Origin: Patescibacteria group bacterium
GTDB taxonomy: Bacteria > Patescibacteriota > Microgenomatia > UBA10105 > UBA927
NCBI GenBank assembly: GCA_049322955.1
Contig: JBMOPU010000012.1
Span: 617,517-681,516, forward strand
Direction: 5' to 3'
Length of the DNA: 64,000 bases
The notes under the pieces were generated by a model that was not told the DNA's origin, searched no databases, and saw only the letters and a list, made by a program, of their open reading frames with translations. The position numbers were made by a program, and so were the translations under genes. Shown here piece by piece: positions 9,838 through 18,938 of the stretch. How positions within the stretch are numbered: the stretch's first letter is position 1; every line of letters starts with the position of its first letter.

Positions 9838-10769
9838 GCGTCACCTCCTTTTTTTGTTAAGACGATGTTGTGTCGCATGCACAGTAACGGCGGCGTATGG
9901 CTATCGTTTCCAAACCGACTTTTTATGTCACTGACAAAAAAGCCTAACCGTTGCCAAAGGCTCATATGATTACCAAGTGTCCGGAACCATTCGCCGTGAC
10001 CGTTGGGATCTTCACCGAACACGACAAATCCCCCCGGGCGTTCTATCTCGATAAGCTTTCCGCGCATACTGGTCAAGTCCTCACCGAATTCGGCAGTCAG
10101 CTGTCGTAAATCGTAGATATTTTTCCGCAAAGCATCGGTGAGCGTCGGGTGATTTCGCGCGCCGTTTGAAAGGTTCACCGACTCGCGGTGTTCCGATAGC
10201 GGTAAGAGTTCGCTTGTCGTGATATTGACGATTGATGTACCGCCCGGTTTAAGAATACGTGCCGTTTCACCGTCTATGGCTCTATCTATTTCGGGAGGAC
10301 AGCAATTGCCCGTATGGTCCCTGATAACCAGATCAATCGAATGATCGGCAATGCCGGTATGACGCGCATCGATAAGATGCGGTAACACGGCAGTAAGTGA
10401 TTTCTCCTTTTTGAGCGCACTGACCTTGCCGATTATTTCCTCGTCGATATCCACAACATGCAACGACGCAAGTTCCGTTCCGAGCGCATGGGCGATGAAT
10501 CGCTGTGTATCCTCAACTCCGTCGATGCTTGCAAGGCCCAACATGGCAACCGATACCGGAGTGCGCCCGATCCGATGCGCGAGCTTTGCAATTCCCGGCA
10601 TTTCCGACAGTAATTGCAAGTTGAGCCCGACGGGCGGGGTTCGGTTGAGCAGTTCATCCGTTATCCCCTCCTGCTCCATGCGAGCGCGGGTTGCTTCGTA
10701 TCCGCTGGTTCCCCGTAGCCCCCGTCCGAACTCGCGGCCTAATGACCGTGATATTTCTTTATCACTCAT
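9834..10769 (-). CDS. Class I SAM-dependent methyltransferase-like protein
   Basis: VVDID, DARHTGIADHSIDLVI, RILKPGG; GGAGG SD before ATG 10769 (the longer ORF-track start lies inside the T-box). Confidence 0.65.
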   Translation of the reverse strand: MSDKEISRSLGREFGRGLRGTSGYEATRARMEQEGITDELLNRTPPVGLNLQLLSEMPGIAKLAHRIGRTPVSVAMLGLASIDGVEDTQRFIAHALGTELASLHVVDIDEEIIGKVSALKKEKSLTAVLPHLIDARHTGIADHSIDLVIRDHTGNCCPPEIDRAIDGETARILKPGGTSIVNITTSELLPLSEHRESVNLSNGARNHPTLTDALRKNIYDLRQLTAEFGEDLTSMRGKLIEIERPGGFVVFGEDPNGHGEWFRTLGNHMSLWQRLGFFVSDIKSRFGNDSHTPPLLCMRHNIVLTKKGGDA

Positions 10770-10806
10770 ACATACCTCCTCTCCGTGCGAAACATAAAAA
10801 CACGGG

Positions 10807-10875
10807 TGCTGAGGAAAGGGTTCGAACCTTTCTTCCACAACGGGTTCTCCCGTTTGTGAATCCACCATACTCAGC
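10807..10875 (-). ncRNA. tRNA-like element lacking an anticodon loop
   Basis: GCTGAG/CTCAGC acceptor-like stem; AAAGG-TTCGAAC-CCTTT T-arm; GTG-GATT-CAC mini D-arm; ACGGG-AGAA-CCCGT arm. Confidence 0.5.
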
Positions 10876-10884
10876 GCGAGCCAC

Positions 10885-11208
10885 AAAAAAAACGCCCATG
10901 CAAGCCTCCGATTCATATCGGAAACCTGCAAGGGCGTTCTGGTGCACGCGGTACCACCTTGCTTTACGAAGGAATTGTAGCCATAAAAAAATCCCGCGGG
11001 GCGGGATTCTACCTTCGCCTCATCTGATTGCTCCGCGAAATGCGACACAATCATTCTGCTGTTACGGGCGTACCCGGAGAAATTTACTGATGTTCAACTT
11101 CTCGGCTCCAGAGGGTATTTCGATCCCTAGAAATTCGGCAGGTCTTTCATCAACCGCCTGCTTTCTTGTGTCACTTTCCAGGTATCTACTTCGTTCTCTT
11201 TCGATGCC
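10885..11208 (-). promoter_or_regulatory. T-box riboswitch, Tyr (UAC) specifier, transcriptional
   Basis: AAGGTGGTACCGCG T-box (10947-10960); CGCCC..GGGCG-U8 terminator; stem I with AGAAAG bulge, GATG loop and GAAA-TAC specifier (11115-11117); stem II GAA/AGTA S-turn; GCCCGTAAC; the operon ends in tyrS. Confidence 0.88.
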
Positions 11209-11288
11209 GTTCCTATTAACTTGTGCTACTTACCATATCATAATTTGTCATTTTCGTCAATCAAAGTTACAATCATTGGGTGATCCAA

Positions 11289-13868
11289 ATGTCCGAATTA
11301 TTCAGCGAGCGGCAACGAAGAAGACTTTTCGGCAGTCGCATCTCCCGGATGAAATTGTGGAGTATCGTCATCTACGGCGCGTTTATTCTTTTTGTCGTCG
11401 GTATTTTGAGTGTCGGATTGCTTTTTGCCTGGTACGCCAAAGACCTTCCCCGCCCCGACAAAGTCCAACGCAACGACGGATTGTCCACGGTGGTGCTCGA
11501 CAGAAACGGCGAAAAACTCTATGACATTTTTGAAGAAGCAAACAGAATTCCCGCCAAATGGGATGAGATTCCCCAATATCTTAAAGATGCGACGATCGCG
11601 GTTGAGGACAAGGATTTTTACAAGCATCAGGGACTTTCGATGACGGGTATCATGCGCGGTATGCTGGCATGCGTGGTTTTACGACGGTGTCAGGGAGGAT
11701 CCACCCTTACCCAACAGCTCGTCAAAAACGTCCTGCTTTCCCAGGAACGGACGCTTCCGCGTAAGATGAAGGAAGCAGTATTAAGCATTCAGATTGAACG
11801 AAAATACAGCAAGAACGATATTCTTCTGATGTATCTCAATGAAGCTCCCTACGGAGGTACCGCAGTGGGGGTAAAGACAGCCGCCGTGCACTACTTCAAT
11901 AAGGACGTGAAAGACTTGTCCCTTATTCAATCGGCGATATTGGCGGGTCTGCCCCAGTCCCCGAGTTACTATTCTCCATTTACGGGTGAAGAAGGCGCAT
12001 TTAAGGATCGCACGGTTCATGTGTTACGGCGCATGCGTGAAGAGGGATATATTACTCCCGCGCAGGAGGGTGAAGCGAAAAAACAAATGGAAACCATTCA
12101 ATTTGCGGCAGGGGACGCGGCGCTCCGGGCACCGCATTTTGTCGCCTACGTAAAGCAACTCCTCATCGACCGGTTCGGCGAGAAGCGGATTAACGCCGGA
12201 GGCCTTACGGTTACCACGACCCTTGATTGGAAATTGCAGGAGGCCTCCCAGCTGGCGGTCAAAGAGGAAGTCGAAAAAGCCAAGAAACTCAAGGTCAGTA
12301 ATGGAGCCGCTCTCGTGACCGATCCCAAGACAGGAGAAATTCTTGCCATGGTGGGAAGTAAAGATTACGCGGCCACCGACAGTTCGGGGTTGAAATTTAA
12401 CGTGGTTACCCAAGGGCTTCGACAGCCGGGAAGTACGTTGAAGCCGATTATTTATGCGGCCGCACTTACCAAGGGCTATACGGCAAGCACAATGCTCATG
12501 GATGTCGAAACCAAGTACCCTTCCGGTGATGCCTCAAAACCCGACTATAACCCCAAAAATTATGACAATAAATACCGCGGACCGATGCAGATGCGATATG
12601 CACTGGCAAATTCCATCAATACCATTGCCGTCAAATTCGCGGCAATCGTCGGTGTCAAAGATGTCTTAAAAATGGGCTATGCCATGGGACTTACCACCTG
12701 GGAACCGACGGATGCCAACTTGAAGCGGGTGGGGCTTTCTCTGCCTTTGGGAGGGGCCGAGGTGAAAATGACCGATATGGCAACGGCGTTTGGCACGTTC
12801 GCGCATGAGGGACAGCGGGTTGATCTGGTCGCTATTTTAAAAGTCGTTGATGCGAAGGGCAAAACACTCTATGAGCATACGGAGGTTGCCCCCCGACAGG
12901 AAATTGAACCCGATGTCGCGTATGTCATTTCCCATATTCTTTCCGATAACGATGCACGGAAGGAAATATTCGGACTACGATCGTATCTGGTCGTACCCGG
13001 AAAAACCGTGGCGGCAAAAACGGGTACCACCGATGACAAACGGGATAATTGGACGGTAGGTTATACGAAAAGTCGCGTGGTAGTCACATGGGTGGGAAAC
13101 AATGACAATTCCCCGATGAGTCCCACGCTTGCTTCCGGCGTGACGGGAGCCGCTCCTATCTGGAATCGCATCATGAAGGAAGCGCTCAAGGATATCCCCG
13201 ATGAATCCTTTACGCGTCCTGACGGGGTCGTGGAAATGGATATCGATGCGTTTGGCGGCGGGTTACCGTTTGAAGGGCAACCGACGAGAAAGGAAGTCTT
13301 TATCCGCGGCACCGAACCCAACGGTCCCGCGTCCATATATCAGAAACTCAAAGTTTCCCGAAAGGACAGCAACAAGCTCGCAAACAACGTTGAGGTAGCA
13401 ACCGGAGATTACGATGAAAAACTCTTTATCGTGCTCCGTGAGGACGATCCGGTTTCCGGTGACGGGAAGAACCGATGGCAGGAAGGGATCAATGCATGGA
13501 TCAACGGACAGGACAGCAAATATAAGGCGCCTACCGAAACGTATAGCGGCGGCGGATCCGATCAGGTGGTCATCCAACTCAAAAAGCCGTCTGATAAAGA
13601 GCGTATCAACAATAATAACGTCACGATCGAAGCGGAAGCGATTTCTACGGCGGACATTGAGCGGATAGAAATATTTGTTGACGGATCAAAGGTGAAAGAG
13701 CGTACCAACGAAAAAACGATCGCCGAAACGGTCAACATAAGTAACGGTTCCCATAGCATCAAAGTCAAGGCGACCGATAAACGGGGAACCTCAAGCGAGC
13801 GGGAAATTCATGTGGGAATAAATGAGGACTACAAAGAGCCGACCCCCGCCCCTACGCCGACGCCGTAA
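11289..13868 (+). CDS. Class A penicillin-binding protein (transglycosylase/transpeptidase) with C-terminal Ig-like domain
   Basis: EDKDFYKHQG, GGSTLTQQLVKN, RQPGSTLKP (SxxK), SIN, KTGT. Confidence 0.95.
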   Translation: MSELFSERQRRRLFGSRISRMKLWSIVIYGAFILFVVGILSVGLLFAWYAKDLPRPDKVQRNDGLSTVVLDRNGEKLYDIFEEANRIPAKWDEIPQYLKDATIAVEDKDFYKHQGLSMTGIMRGMLACVVLRRCQGGSTLTQQLVKNVLLSQERTLPRKMKEAVLSIQIERKYSKNDILLMYLNEAPYGGTAVGVKTAAVHYFNKDVKDLSLIQSAILAGLPQSPSYYSPFTGEEGAFKDRTVHVLRRMREEGYITPAQEGEAKKQMETIQFAAGDAALRAPHFVAYVKQLLIDRFGEKRINAGGLTVTTTLDWKLQEASQLAVKEEVEKAKKLKVSNGAALVTDPKTGEILAMVGSKDYAATDSSGLKFNVVTQGLRQPGSTLKPIIYAAALTKGYTASTMLMDVETKYPSGDASKPDYNPKNYDNKYRGPMQMRYALANSINTIAVKFAAIVGVKDVLKMGYAMGLTTWEPTDANLKRVGLSLPLGGAEVKMTDMATAFGTFAHEGQRVDLVAILKVVDAKGKTLYEHTEVAPRQEIEPDVAYVISHILSDNDARKEIFGLRSYLVVPGKTVAAKTGTTDDKRDNWTVGYTKSRVVVTWVGNNDNSPMSPTLASGVTGAAPIWNRIMKEALKDIPDESFTRPDGVVEMDIDAFGGGLPFEGQPTRKEVFIRGTEPNGPASIYQKLKVSRKDSNKLANNVEVATGDYDEKLFIVLREDDPVSGDGKNRWQEGINAWINGQDSKYKAPTETYSGGGSDQVVIQLKKPSDKERINNNNVTIEAEAISTADIERIEIFVDGSKVKERTNEKTIAETVNISNGSHSIKVKATDKRGTSSEREIHVGINEDYKEPTPAPTPTP

Positions 13869-15869
13869 TCACTTCGTTTTGAGCGTTACGCCGAATTGCT
13901 TTTCCGCCAGACGGATCAGTTTTTCTCGAACGGGGACAATACGTTCCGTCGTCAGATTGTTTTCCGGATCCTGATATTCGATATGCAGGGTACGGGTATG
14001 TTCGTGCATATCAAGGAGCGTCACCCGACGCACAAGCGGATCGCCGGTTTCCAACGCCCTCATGAGCGGTGCCACGGTGAATCGTTCGGGAACGATAAAG
14101 GACAGATCCTCATGCACCGAAGGGTACTTCGGTACCGGGACATAGGTCTTGCCTACCCGTGCGCGTTCCCCCATACGATGCATATCTAATACAAGCATAG
14201 TAGCGGCTCCCGAAAAGCCCATCGCTTTACAAAGCTTCGGATGCAAAACGCCGACGATGCCGTATTCTCCTAGCGGCAACCGGTACCCCGGATCAAACCA
14301 CGCATCATGCGATGTTCCGGTACCCTCATGCGGAAACGGAATACCGATAAGGTCAAAGATTGCCTCCGCAAGTCCCTTTGTTTCATAAAACGTATTCCCG
14401 AGGGTAGCCACGGCAAGCATGGGAGTTTCCTTCGGCAAGTCGCCCGGTTTCCAAAGGTAACACATCGATAGCTCAAAAAGTTTTGCTTGCGGGTTTCGTT
14501 CGCTGTTTGCTTTGAGTGCGGTAAGAACGGAGGGAACCAGCGACGGACGCATATATACCCATTCGGACGATAAGGGATTGGCAATGGTATATGCTTTTGT
14601 CGTATCAAGCGAAAACATATCCATCATTGCCTGAGATAGCATCGAATAGGTATAGGTTTCCGTATATCCCCAGTCACGGAGTCGAATTTTTAGTTGTTCC
14701 TCACGGATGAGCGCCGGGTCCGGTATGGTTACGGGCGGCGCATGCGGCGGAAGAACGGAGGGGATCGCATGGTATCCGTGCACTCTGGCTATCTCTTCGA
14801 TGACATCGACGTCGATCGCAACGTCCCGACGATAACTGGGAACCGTGACCGTGACGGCTTCTTTGGTTTGGCTTACCCCAAAACCCAATGAGGTCAAAAT
14901 GGCGGTAATCGCCGACGACGGCAATATGCCGATATACGCGTCAATTTTTTTCCGGGATACGGTGACGGTTCCCGGTTTGTAGGGAGAAGGATAGATATCG
15001 GTGACATTTGAAACGATTGTGGCGCCGGTGATTTCCCTCATCAAACGGATCCCCTCGGCAAATGCCGGTTTCACAAGTTCCGTATCAAGCCCTTTTTCGA
15101 AAAGCCCCGCCGCTTCGGTGCGATGACCGAGTGCCATGGAGGTTTTTCTGATGTTCAACGGGTGATAGGTCTGCACGAACAGGATAACCCGTTTTGTTTT
15201 TTCGGTAACGGAAGAATTTTCGCCTCCCATAATCCCGCAAAGGTCGATAAGCTTACCGGACTTATCTTCGATGACGATGTCCCCTCCCGGAAGCGTATGT
15301 TTCTTTCCGTCGAGGGTGATGAGCGTCTCCCCTTTCTTTGAGGCTCTCAAGGTCATCGTATGACCCTCAATGGCATCATAATCAAACACATGCGCCGGTT
15401 GACCCAGGCCGCGCATCAGGAAGTTGGTGATATCCACGACGGTATTAATTGATCGCATGCCTGCAAGCTCAAGGTAGTTCCTCAGCCAGGCAGGCGATGT
15501 TTTGACGGAAACATTGTCAAAAATTATTGACATCCAGCGGGGGTTTAGACCGGAATCCGTTTTCAGCGTCAGGGGTAGCGGTTTTGCAACTTTGGCAAAT
15601 ATCACCTTCTCCTTATACGGATCTTTCGCAAGTGTTGCGGCGATGCCGAATCGCGGCAGAATGGTAGCCGCCTCGCGGGCAACACCCATGACGGACATGG
15701 CGTCGGGTCGGTTCCCCGTTATTTCAATATCATAGACGGTATCCTTTCCCGTGCCATAAATTCGCTCAATCGACGGACCGCAGAGCGAAAGATACTCTTT
15801 AAGCTGTGACGGCGTCGCCTTGGTTTTCAGATACTCACGAAGCCAAATATCGGGAACTAAGATGTTCAT
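13869..15869 (-). CDS. pheT: Phenylalanine--tRNA ligase beta subunit (short form lacking the B2 OB domain)
   Basis: EITGNRPDAMS, VVDITNF, DVIEEIARVHGY, FDX-ACB C-terminus. Confidence 0.95.
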   Translation of the reverse strand: MNILVPDIWLREYLKTKATPSQLKEYLSLCGPSIERIYGTGKDTVYDIEITGNRPDAMSVMGVAREAATILPRFGIAATLAKDPYKEKVIFAKVAKPLPLTLKTDSGLNPRWMSIIFDNVSVKTSPAWLRNYLELAGMRSINTVVDITNFLMRGLGQPAHVFDYDAIEGHTMTLRASKKGETLITLDGKKHTLPGGDIVIEDKSGKLIDLCGIMGGENSSVTEKTKRVILFVQTYHPLNIRKTSMALGHRTEAAGLFEKGLDTELVKPAFAEGIRLMREITGATIVSNVTDIYPSPYKPGTVTVSRKKIDAYIGILPSSAITAILTSLGFGVSQTKEAVTVTVPSYRRDVAIDVDVIEEIARVHGYHAIPSVLPPHAPPVTIPDPALIREEQLKIRLRDWGYTETYTYSMLSQAMMDMFSLDTTKAYTIANPLSSEWVYMRPSLVPSVLTALKANSERNPQAKLFELSMCYLWKPGDLPKETPMLAVATLGNTFYETKGLAEAIFDLIGIPFPHEGTGTSHDAWFDPGYRLPLGEYGIVGVLHPKLCKAMGFSGAATMLVLDMHRMGERARVGKTYVPVPKYPSVHEDLSFIVPERFTVAPLMRALETGDPLVRRVTLLDMHEHTRTLHIEYQDPENNLTTERIVPVREKLIRLAEKQFGVTLKTK

Positions 15870-16894
15870 AGTTTTTTTAGGGTTGCGAGAAACTCGTCAA
15901 CCGCTTCCTCCTTTGTTGCCCAGGACGTCACCAACCGAATGCACGAAGTATTCTCATTCACAGGACACCATACGTAAAATCCGTACCTGTCTTTGATTTT
16001 ATCGATCAAAGTATTTGGGAATATCGGGAAAATCTGATTTGTCGGCGAATCAGTCAGAAAAGTATGGCCTATGGCGGATATCCCTTTACTAAGTTTTTGT
16101 GCCATGGCATTGGCGTGTCGCGCAAGATCTGTGTATAACGTACCGTCAAATAACGCGAGAAATTGGGCCGCGATTATTCTTCCTTTTGCCAACAACGCGC
16201 CGCGTTGTTTGAGATGGTAATCAAAATTTTCCTGAAGTTTGGGATTGCAAATAATAATGGCTTCGCCGAGTGCCGCGCCGTTTTTGGTGCCGCCGATATA
16301 AAAAATATCAACAAGTCGGGCTATATCCTGAAGCGTCATATCGCTTCCGCTTGCCGCAAGTGCCGTGCCTAATCGCGCCCCGTCAAGATACAAGTACAAC
16401 CCGAGTTTTCTGCAGGTGGCAGATAACTCCGTCAGTTCCCGTTTGGTATATATGGTTCCCACTTCCGTTGCCTGGGAGATAAATACCGCTCGGGGTTTTG
16501 TGGTATGAATGGGCATTGCATCGGTGACAACCTTTTCAATCATCGCAGGGGTGAGTTTGCCGTCGGTTGTCGGTACCGTCTCGATTTTATGTCCCGTCGC
16601 TTCGATTGCCCCCGCTTCATGGACGTGAATATGTCCGCTTATCGGGGCGATGACTGACTCATACGGTTGCAACAGTGAAGCGAGAACCACAAGATTTGCC
16701 TGTGTCCCTCCGGAAACAAATGCAATTTTTGCTTCATTATCTCCGATATGTTTGCGAAGTAATGTTACCGCTTTTCGGGTAATTGTATCTTCCCCGTACC
16801 CGTTTTCCTGACCGTCGTTATAGGTGCCTAATGCCGATAATACCTCTGGGTGCATCCCTTCTGAGTAATCGTTATAAAAAAGATACGTATGCAT
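15866..16894 (-). CDS. ltaE: Low-specificity L-threonine aldolase family PLP enzyme
   Basis: FYNDY, GGTQAN, HEAGAIE, LDGARLG, GGTKNGA, IRLVTSW. Confidence 0.85.
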   Translation of the reverse strand: MHTYLFYNDYSEGMHPEVLSALGTYNDGQENGYGEDTITRKAVTLLRKHIGDNEAKIAFVSGGTQANLVVLASLLQPYESVIAPISGHIHVHEAGAIEATGHKIETVPTTDGKLTPAMIEKVVTDAMPIHTTKPRAVFISQATEVGTIYTKRELTELSATCRKLGLYLYLDGARLGTALAASGSDMTLQDIARLVDIFYIGGTKNGAALGEAIIICNPKLQENFDYHLKQRGALLAKGRIIAAQFLALFDGTLYTDLARHANAMAQKLSKGISAIGHTFLTDSPTNQIFPIFPNTLIDKIKDRYGFYVWCPVNENTSCIRLVTSWATKEEAVDEFLATLKKL

Positions 16895-16905
16895 AGTGAT
16901 ACAAA

Positions 16906-17985
16906 TTAAAATTGCTCCAGAAATCGGATATCGTTACTGTACAGTAGTCGTATATCGTCAAGCTTGGTTCCGGATTTCATCATGTACGTGCGCTCGATTC
17001 CCCAACCGAAAGCAAATCCTGAATAGACGTCGGGATCAATGCCGCCGTTTCGAAGTACGACGGGATGCACCATTCCCGACCCTCCCAATTCCAACCATCC
17101 CGCCTTGCAGAGTTTGCAGGGGGTTTTGTCGGGTAATACGCCGGTGCCGAGACAGATGCCGCAGTTGATGTCCACCTCAAATGACGGTTCCGTAAATTGA
17201 AAATGAAACGGCCGGAGTCGTGTCTCCCGATCGGCGCCGAAAAATTGTTTGACGAAATAATCGAACACGCCCTTGAGGTGACCGATCGAAACATCTTTGT
17301 CGATGTAGAGCCCCTCAAATTGATGGAACATCGGTGTATGCGATACGTCAATTTGTCTTCGGTAGCATTTGGCGATATTGATCATACGGATAGGCAATTT
17401 TCCCTTTTCCATCTCTCGTACCTGCCCGTTACTGGTATGCGGGGTAAGGACGATTTTTTGTTTCTTGGGGTTTGTTCCCGGCTTTCCCGGGTAGTTAATG
17501 AAAAACGTTTCCCATTCATCGCGTGCCGGATGATTTTTGGGCATGTTGAGCGACTCAAAAGGATACCAGTCCCAATCAATTTCAGGGTGACGGACGCGGG
17601 TGAATCCGATGCGTTCGAAAATTCGGGTGACTTCCATGATTGCCTGCGTAACGATATGTAAGTGACCTTCGGGAGGACGGATACCCGGTGCGGTTACATC
17701 GATAAAGGTAGTTGGTGTCGAAATAGCGGTCTCTTCGATCTGGGAAAGCGCGCTTTCTATGGAGTGTTTTACCTCGGTGACGACCGGACCGATTTTATGC
17801 CGATCCTCCTTGGGTACGAGACCGATTTGCTTGGTAAGACGGGTAATTTCACTTTTTGCGCCGAGAAGCAAAACACGGAAATCTTCCGGAGATTTTCCTC
17901 CCGCTTTTATGGTGCGTAACGCATCGCCTTGTGCTTCGAGAAGAAGGCTGATGAGGTTCGTCGCTGAAATAATTTCTTCGGTCAT
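16906..17985 (-). CDS. pheS: Phenylalanine--tRNA ligase alpha subunit
   Basis: HPARDEWETFF, HTPMFHQFEG, FQFTEPS, GFAFGWGIER. Confidence 0.97.
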   Translation of the reverse strand: MTEEIISATNLISLLLEAQGDALRTIKAGGKSPEDFRVLLLGAKSEITRLTKQIGLVPKEDRHKIGPVVTEVKHSIESALSQIEETAISTPTTFIDVTAPGIRPPEGHLHIVTQAIMEVTRIFERIGFTRVRHPEIDWDWYPFESLNMPKNHPARDEWETFFINYPGKPGTNPKKQKIVLTPHTSNGQVREMEKGKLPIRMINIAKCYRRQIDVSHTPMFHQFEGLYIDKDVSIGHLKGVFDYFVKQFFGADRETRLRPFHFQFTEPSFEVDINCGICLGTGVLPDKTPCKLCKAGWLELGGSGMVHPVVLRNGGIDPDVYSGFAFGWGIERTYMMKSGTKLDDIRLLYSNDIRFLEQF

Positions 17986-18006
17986 AACAATATATTGATT
18001 GTACGG

Positions 18007-18231
18007 TTATAGCTCTGGCAGATCAAGGTTATCGATTAAACGTGCCATTTGGCGGATTTTATATAATCGGTTGGTCGCATCCTCCTCAATGAGTTTTAAA
18101 TCATGGTGTAATGGCTGTTCCCGATAAAACAAGCGCGCAGACGCAAGCACTTCCTCAACCTCGGACTCCTCTACGGCCCGATTTACCCGTATGCGCGCTT
18201 CCCTATCGAATGAATAAAATCCTCCCGGCAT
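18007..18231 (-). CDS. Hypothetical 74-aa protein between the Phe attenuator and pheS
   Basis: ATG-initiated ORF filling the gap in operon orientation; no motif recognised. Confidence 0.5.
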   Translation of the reverse strand: MPGGFYSFDREARIRVNRAVEESEVEEVLASARLFYREQPLHHDLKLIEEDATNRLYKIRQMARLIDNLDLPEL

Positions 18232-18243
18232 AGTGTTTTGCCC

Positions 18244-18268
18244 AAAAAAAATCCCGCTTGCGCGGGAT
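18244..18268 (-). terminator. Attenuator terminator hairpin
   Basis: ATCCCGC-GCAA-GCGGGAT followed by a U-run on the minus strand. Confidence 0.8.
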
Positions 18269-18290
18269 CCTTGGGCATATGTTTTTTTGT

Positions 18291-18359
18291 TTATGCACCC
18301 AAAGAAACCCGCTGTGGCGAGTTAAAAAAGAAAAATGCAAAAAAGTTCTTGGAGTTCAT
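18291..18359 (-). CDS. Phe-rich leader peptide (pheM-like) MNSKNFFAFFFFNSPQRVSLGA
   Basis: 6 Phe codons in 7 positions; lies between rplT and pheS; mutually exclusive hairpins downstream. Confidence 0.8.
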   Translation of the reverse strand: MNSKNFFAFFFFNSPQRVSLGA

Positions 18360-18372
18360 AACGTCGATTAGC

Positions 18373-18723
18373 TTAGTTGACCGTTTTGACTTCGTCGAGT
18401 ATTGCATCGAAAACGGCGGGATCCTCAACAACCAGGTTGGCAAGCGTCTTGCGATCAAGCTCGATGTTTGCCGCCTTGAGCTTATGGACAAATGAGCTGT
18501 AGGAAAGATTCCGTGCCTTGCTTGCTTCGGAAATACGGGTAATCCACAGTTCGCGGAAATCGCGCTTTCGGTTCTTACGTCCGGCATAGGCGTATTCTCC
18601 CGCGTGGAGGAAGGCCTCTGTGGCGACCTTGATAAGTCGTCGTTTGGTCATCCGATAGCCTTTGTTGGCTCGGAATATCTTGTTGTGCTTTGCTTTACTG
18701 GTAACGCCTCGTTTGACTCTCAT
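18373..18723 (-). CDS. rplT: 50S ribosomal protein L20
   Basis: MRVKRGV, RKRDFRELWITRI, LDRKTLA. Confidence 0.97.
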   Translation of the reverse strand: MRVKRGVTSKAKHNKIFRANKGYRMTKRRLIKVATEAFLHAGEYAYAGRKNRKRDFRELWITRISEASKARNLSYSSFVHKLKAANIELDRKTLANLVVEDPAVFDAILDEVKTVN

Positions 18724-18734
18724 AGAAAATCTCC

Positions 18735-18935
18735 TTACTTCTTGCGACGAACGTATATTCTAACATGTTTGACCATGGCCTTTTCAAGAGCCACCTGACG
18801 ATCCTGCCGTCGTTGCTGTCTCTTATCCTTCCGTCGCCTGATGTGTCTGGCACCCTGGACGCGATGGACGAGTTTGCCCGTCCCGGTTACTTTAAACCGT
18901 TTTGCCGCAACTTTTCTTGTTTTCATTTTTGCCAT
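18735..18935 (-). CDS. rpmI: 50S ribosomal protein L35
   Basis: KMKTRKVAAKRFKVTGTGK. Confidence 0.95.
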   Translation of the reverse strand: MAKMKTRKVAAKRFKVTGTGKLVHRVQGARHIRRRKDKRQQRRQDRQVALEKAMVKHVRIYVRRKK

Positions 18936-18938
18936 AGG

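Noticed and set aside
10770-11054. N-terminal extension of the 406-aa ORF 9834..11054
   Set aside because: It overlaps the T-box, terminator and tRNA-like element; a GGAGG SD supports ATG 10769.
10691-11524. 277-aa plus-strand ORF
   Set aside because: It is antisense to the T-box and overlaps the PBP in another frame, with no protein-like features.
18360-18587. 98-aa ORF 18291..18587 as a real gene
   Set aside because: It overlaps rplT in another frame; only the last 22 codons from ATG 18359 are credible.
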